This document shows positions 62,925 through 64,000 of a DNA stretch of 64,000 nucleotides, piece after piece. Within the stretch, counting starts at the first letter, position 1. Each line of letters opens with the position of its first letter. The position numbers were made by a program, and so were the translations under genes. The notes beneath the pieces were generated by a model, which worked only from the letters and a program-made list of their open reading frames with translations, did not search any database and was not told where the DNA came from. The DNA lies in NCBI GenBank assembly GCA_965637545.1, contig OZ281495.1, positions 23,250,001-23,314,000 of the forward strand, given 5' to 3'. This stretch comes from Phallusia mammillata (lineage: Eukaryota).

Positions 62925-63755
62925 TTAGTCTGGCTCATGTAAGAGGGAAGACATGACAGTCTCATACTGCTGACAAAGGTTGATGGGTACGTCCACCTCT
63001 GGCATTGCTGTGTTGGATACCGAAGCCGGGCTTACATCCAGAAATTCGGTAAGTACGTTCGACAATTGTTCTCTCGATAAAACTGCAGGAAAAACATATG
63101 TTAATACGATGTTTAAAATAGGCTTCCTTGACCAACTAGGATTAATGATATAACGTGGAGCACAGGACACGGGACAAGTAGCTCTTGTGTGTATTCCCAA
63201 AAGACAAAGTTGGCTGAATACCTATAGATGGCGTAAAGAGCACAGATATTTAGATCATCAGTAAGACTGGAATAGGCTTAGAAACTAAGTTTGTATGTTG
63301 GGTTCGTTGCCATTTTTATGATAATGTCCGATCCTAATAGCCCTAACCGTTAGCGTTTTACGACAAGTTGCTTTTAAATATTCGCAAATGCTTTTTGTGC
63401 TACCTAACAGTATTTGGAAACTTTCTCTGATGTGAATTCTTACGTTATTAGAGTTTCCTTTCCTGGAAGGTTAATCAGACCACTAAATTGGATAAAAACA
63501 CCATAGTTGTTTCAAGTTTTAAACTTACCGACGTTCTGCTCAAGTAACGAACACCAATCGTCCCGCATGTTATCTGCAAGCTGCAAGTCCTGAGCTGTCC
63601 CTCCCCCCTTTTCCGTGGAAAGCAGGGCAGCTATGCAAGGTATCAACTGGCTTCTCATCATCTGAATGCCCTGCAGCGCGATTTCCTTGTCAGGGGATTG
63701 AAGTTGGCGCATTGCCTGCTCATTTACTCTCTGCTCAAACAATTTATATTTAGGC
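62925..63755 (-). CDS. USP25/28: Last two coding exons of a USP25/USP28-like deubiquitinase (5' part lies right of the window)
   Basis: Exons ~63529-63755 and 62925-63082. QGIQMMRSQLIPCI..DNMRDDWCSLLEQ..LSNVLTEFLD..NLCQQYETVM parallels the USP28 C-terminus (GINVMNELIIPCI..EVMRNHWCSYLGQ..DLCSRFAAVM). The acceptor of the upstream exon is uncertain. Confidence 0.8.
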
Positions 63756-64000
63756 CTTGTGTAGAAGATAACATTCAACGTTTTGCGGTCCTAAAGCTCA
63801 GTTTACGGGGTGCATCAAAAATATATCTTGGTTCGCTCTTGAAAAGTATAGTATCTTGGTAAAAAGTATCTTGGTTCGCTCTTATGTCACTTAGTACACA
63901 TTTATATTACTTAATGAACCTAAAAATTACTTCGTGCACATTTATATTGATTGGAATGCATATTACTACATCACTGTTTATAAATGGTGTATTAATCCAT

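Overview
Eukaryotic, AT-rich, intron-dense DNA from an animal. Compact genes, 50-100 nt introns, many hAT MITEs and splice acceptors just before start codons point to an ascidian/tunicate-like invertebrate chordate (inference). The ORF track shows only exon fragments, so gene models were rebuilt by hand from GT/GC-AG sites and codon phase. In order: exon 1 of an eh1-motif transcription factor, goosecoid-like (-); WDHD1/And-1/Ctf4, 26 coding exons (-); an unannotated 86-aa single-pass membrane microprotein (-); a ~993-aa six-Ig nectin/CADM-like receptor (-); an unresolved exon cluster at ~40-41 kb (+); an unannotated 264-aa secreted preproprotein with a furin site and a two-fold Cys repeat (+); LITAF-like (-); an SLC23 transporter with the nucleobase-type motif (+); a PIPOX-like flavoenzyme missing key catalytic residues (+); an intronless Bax with a long N-terminal extension (+); mRpL40 (+); and the 3' end of USP25/28 (-). 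About 16 non-autonomous TIR elements are present, most with intact target-site duplications, including one inserted exactly on a PIPOX splice acceptor. No autonomous transposase, rRNA, intact tRNA or CRISPR array was seen.
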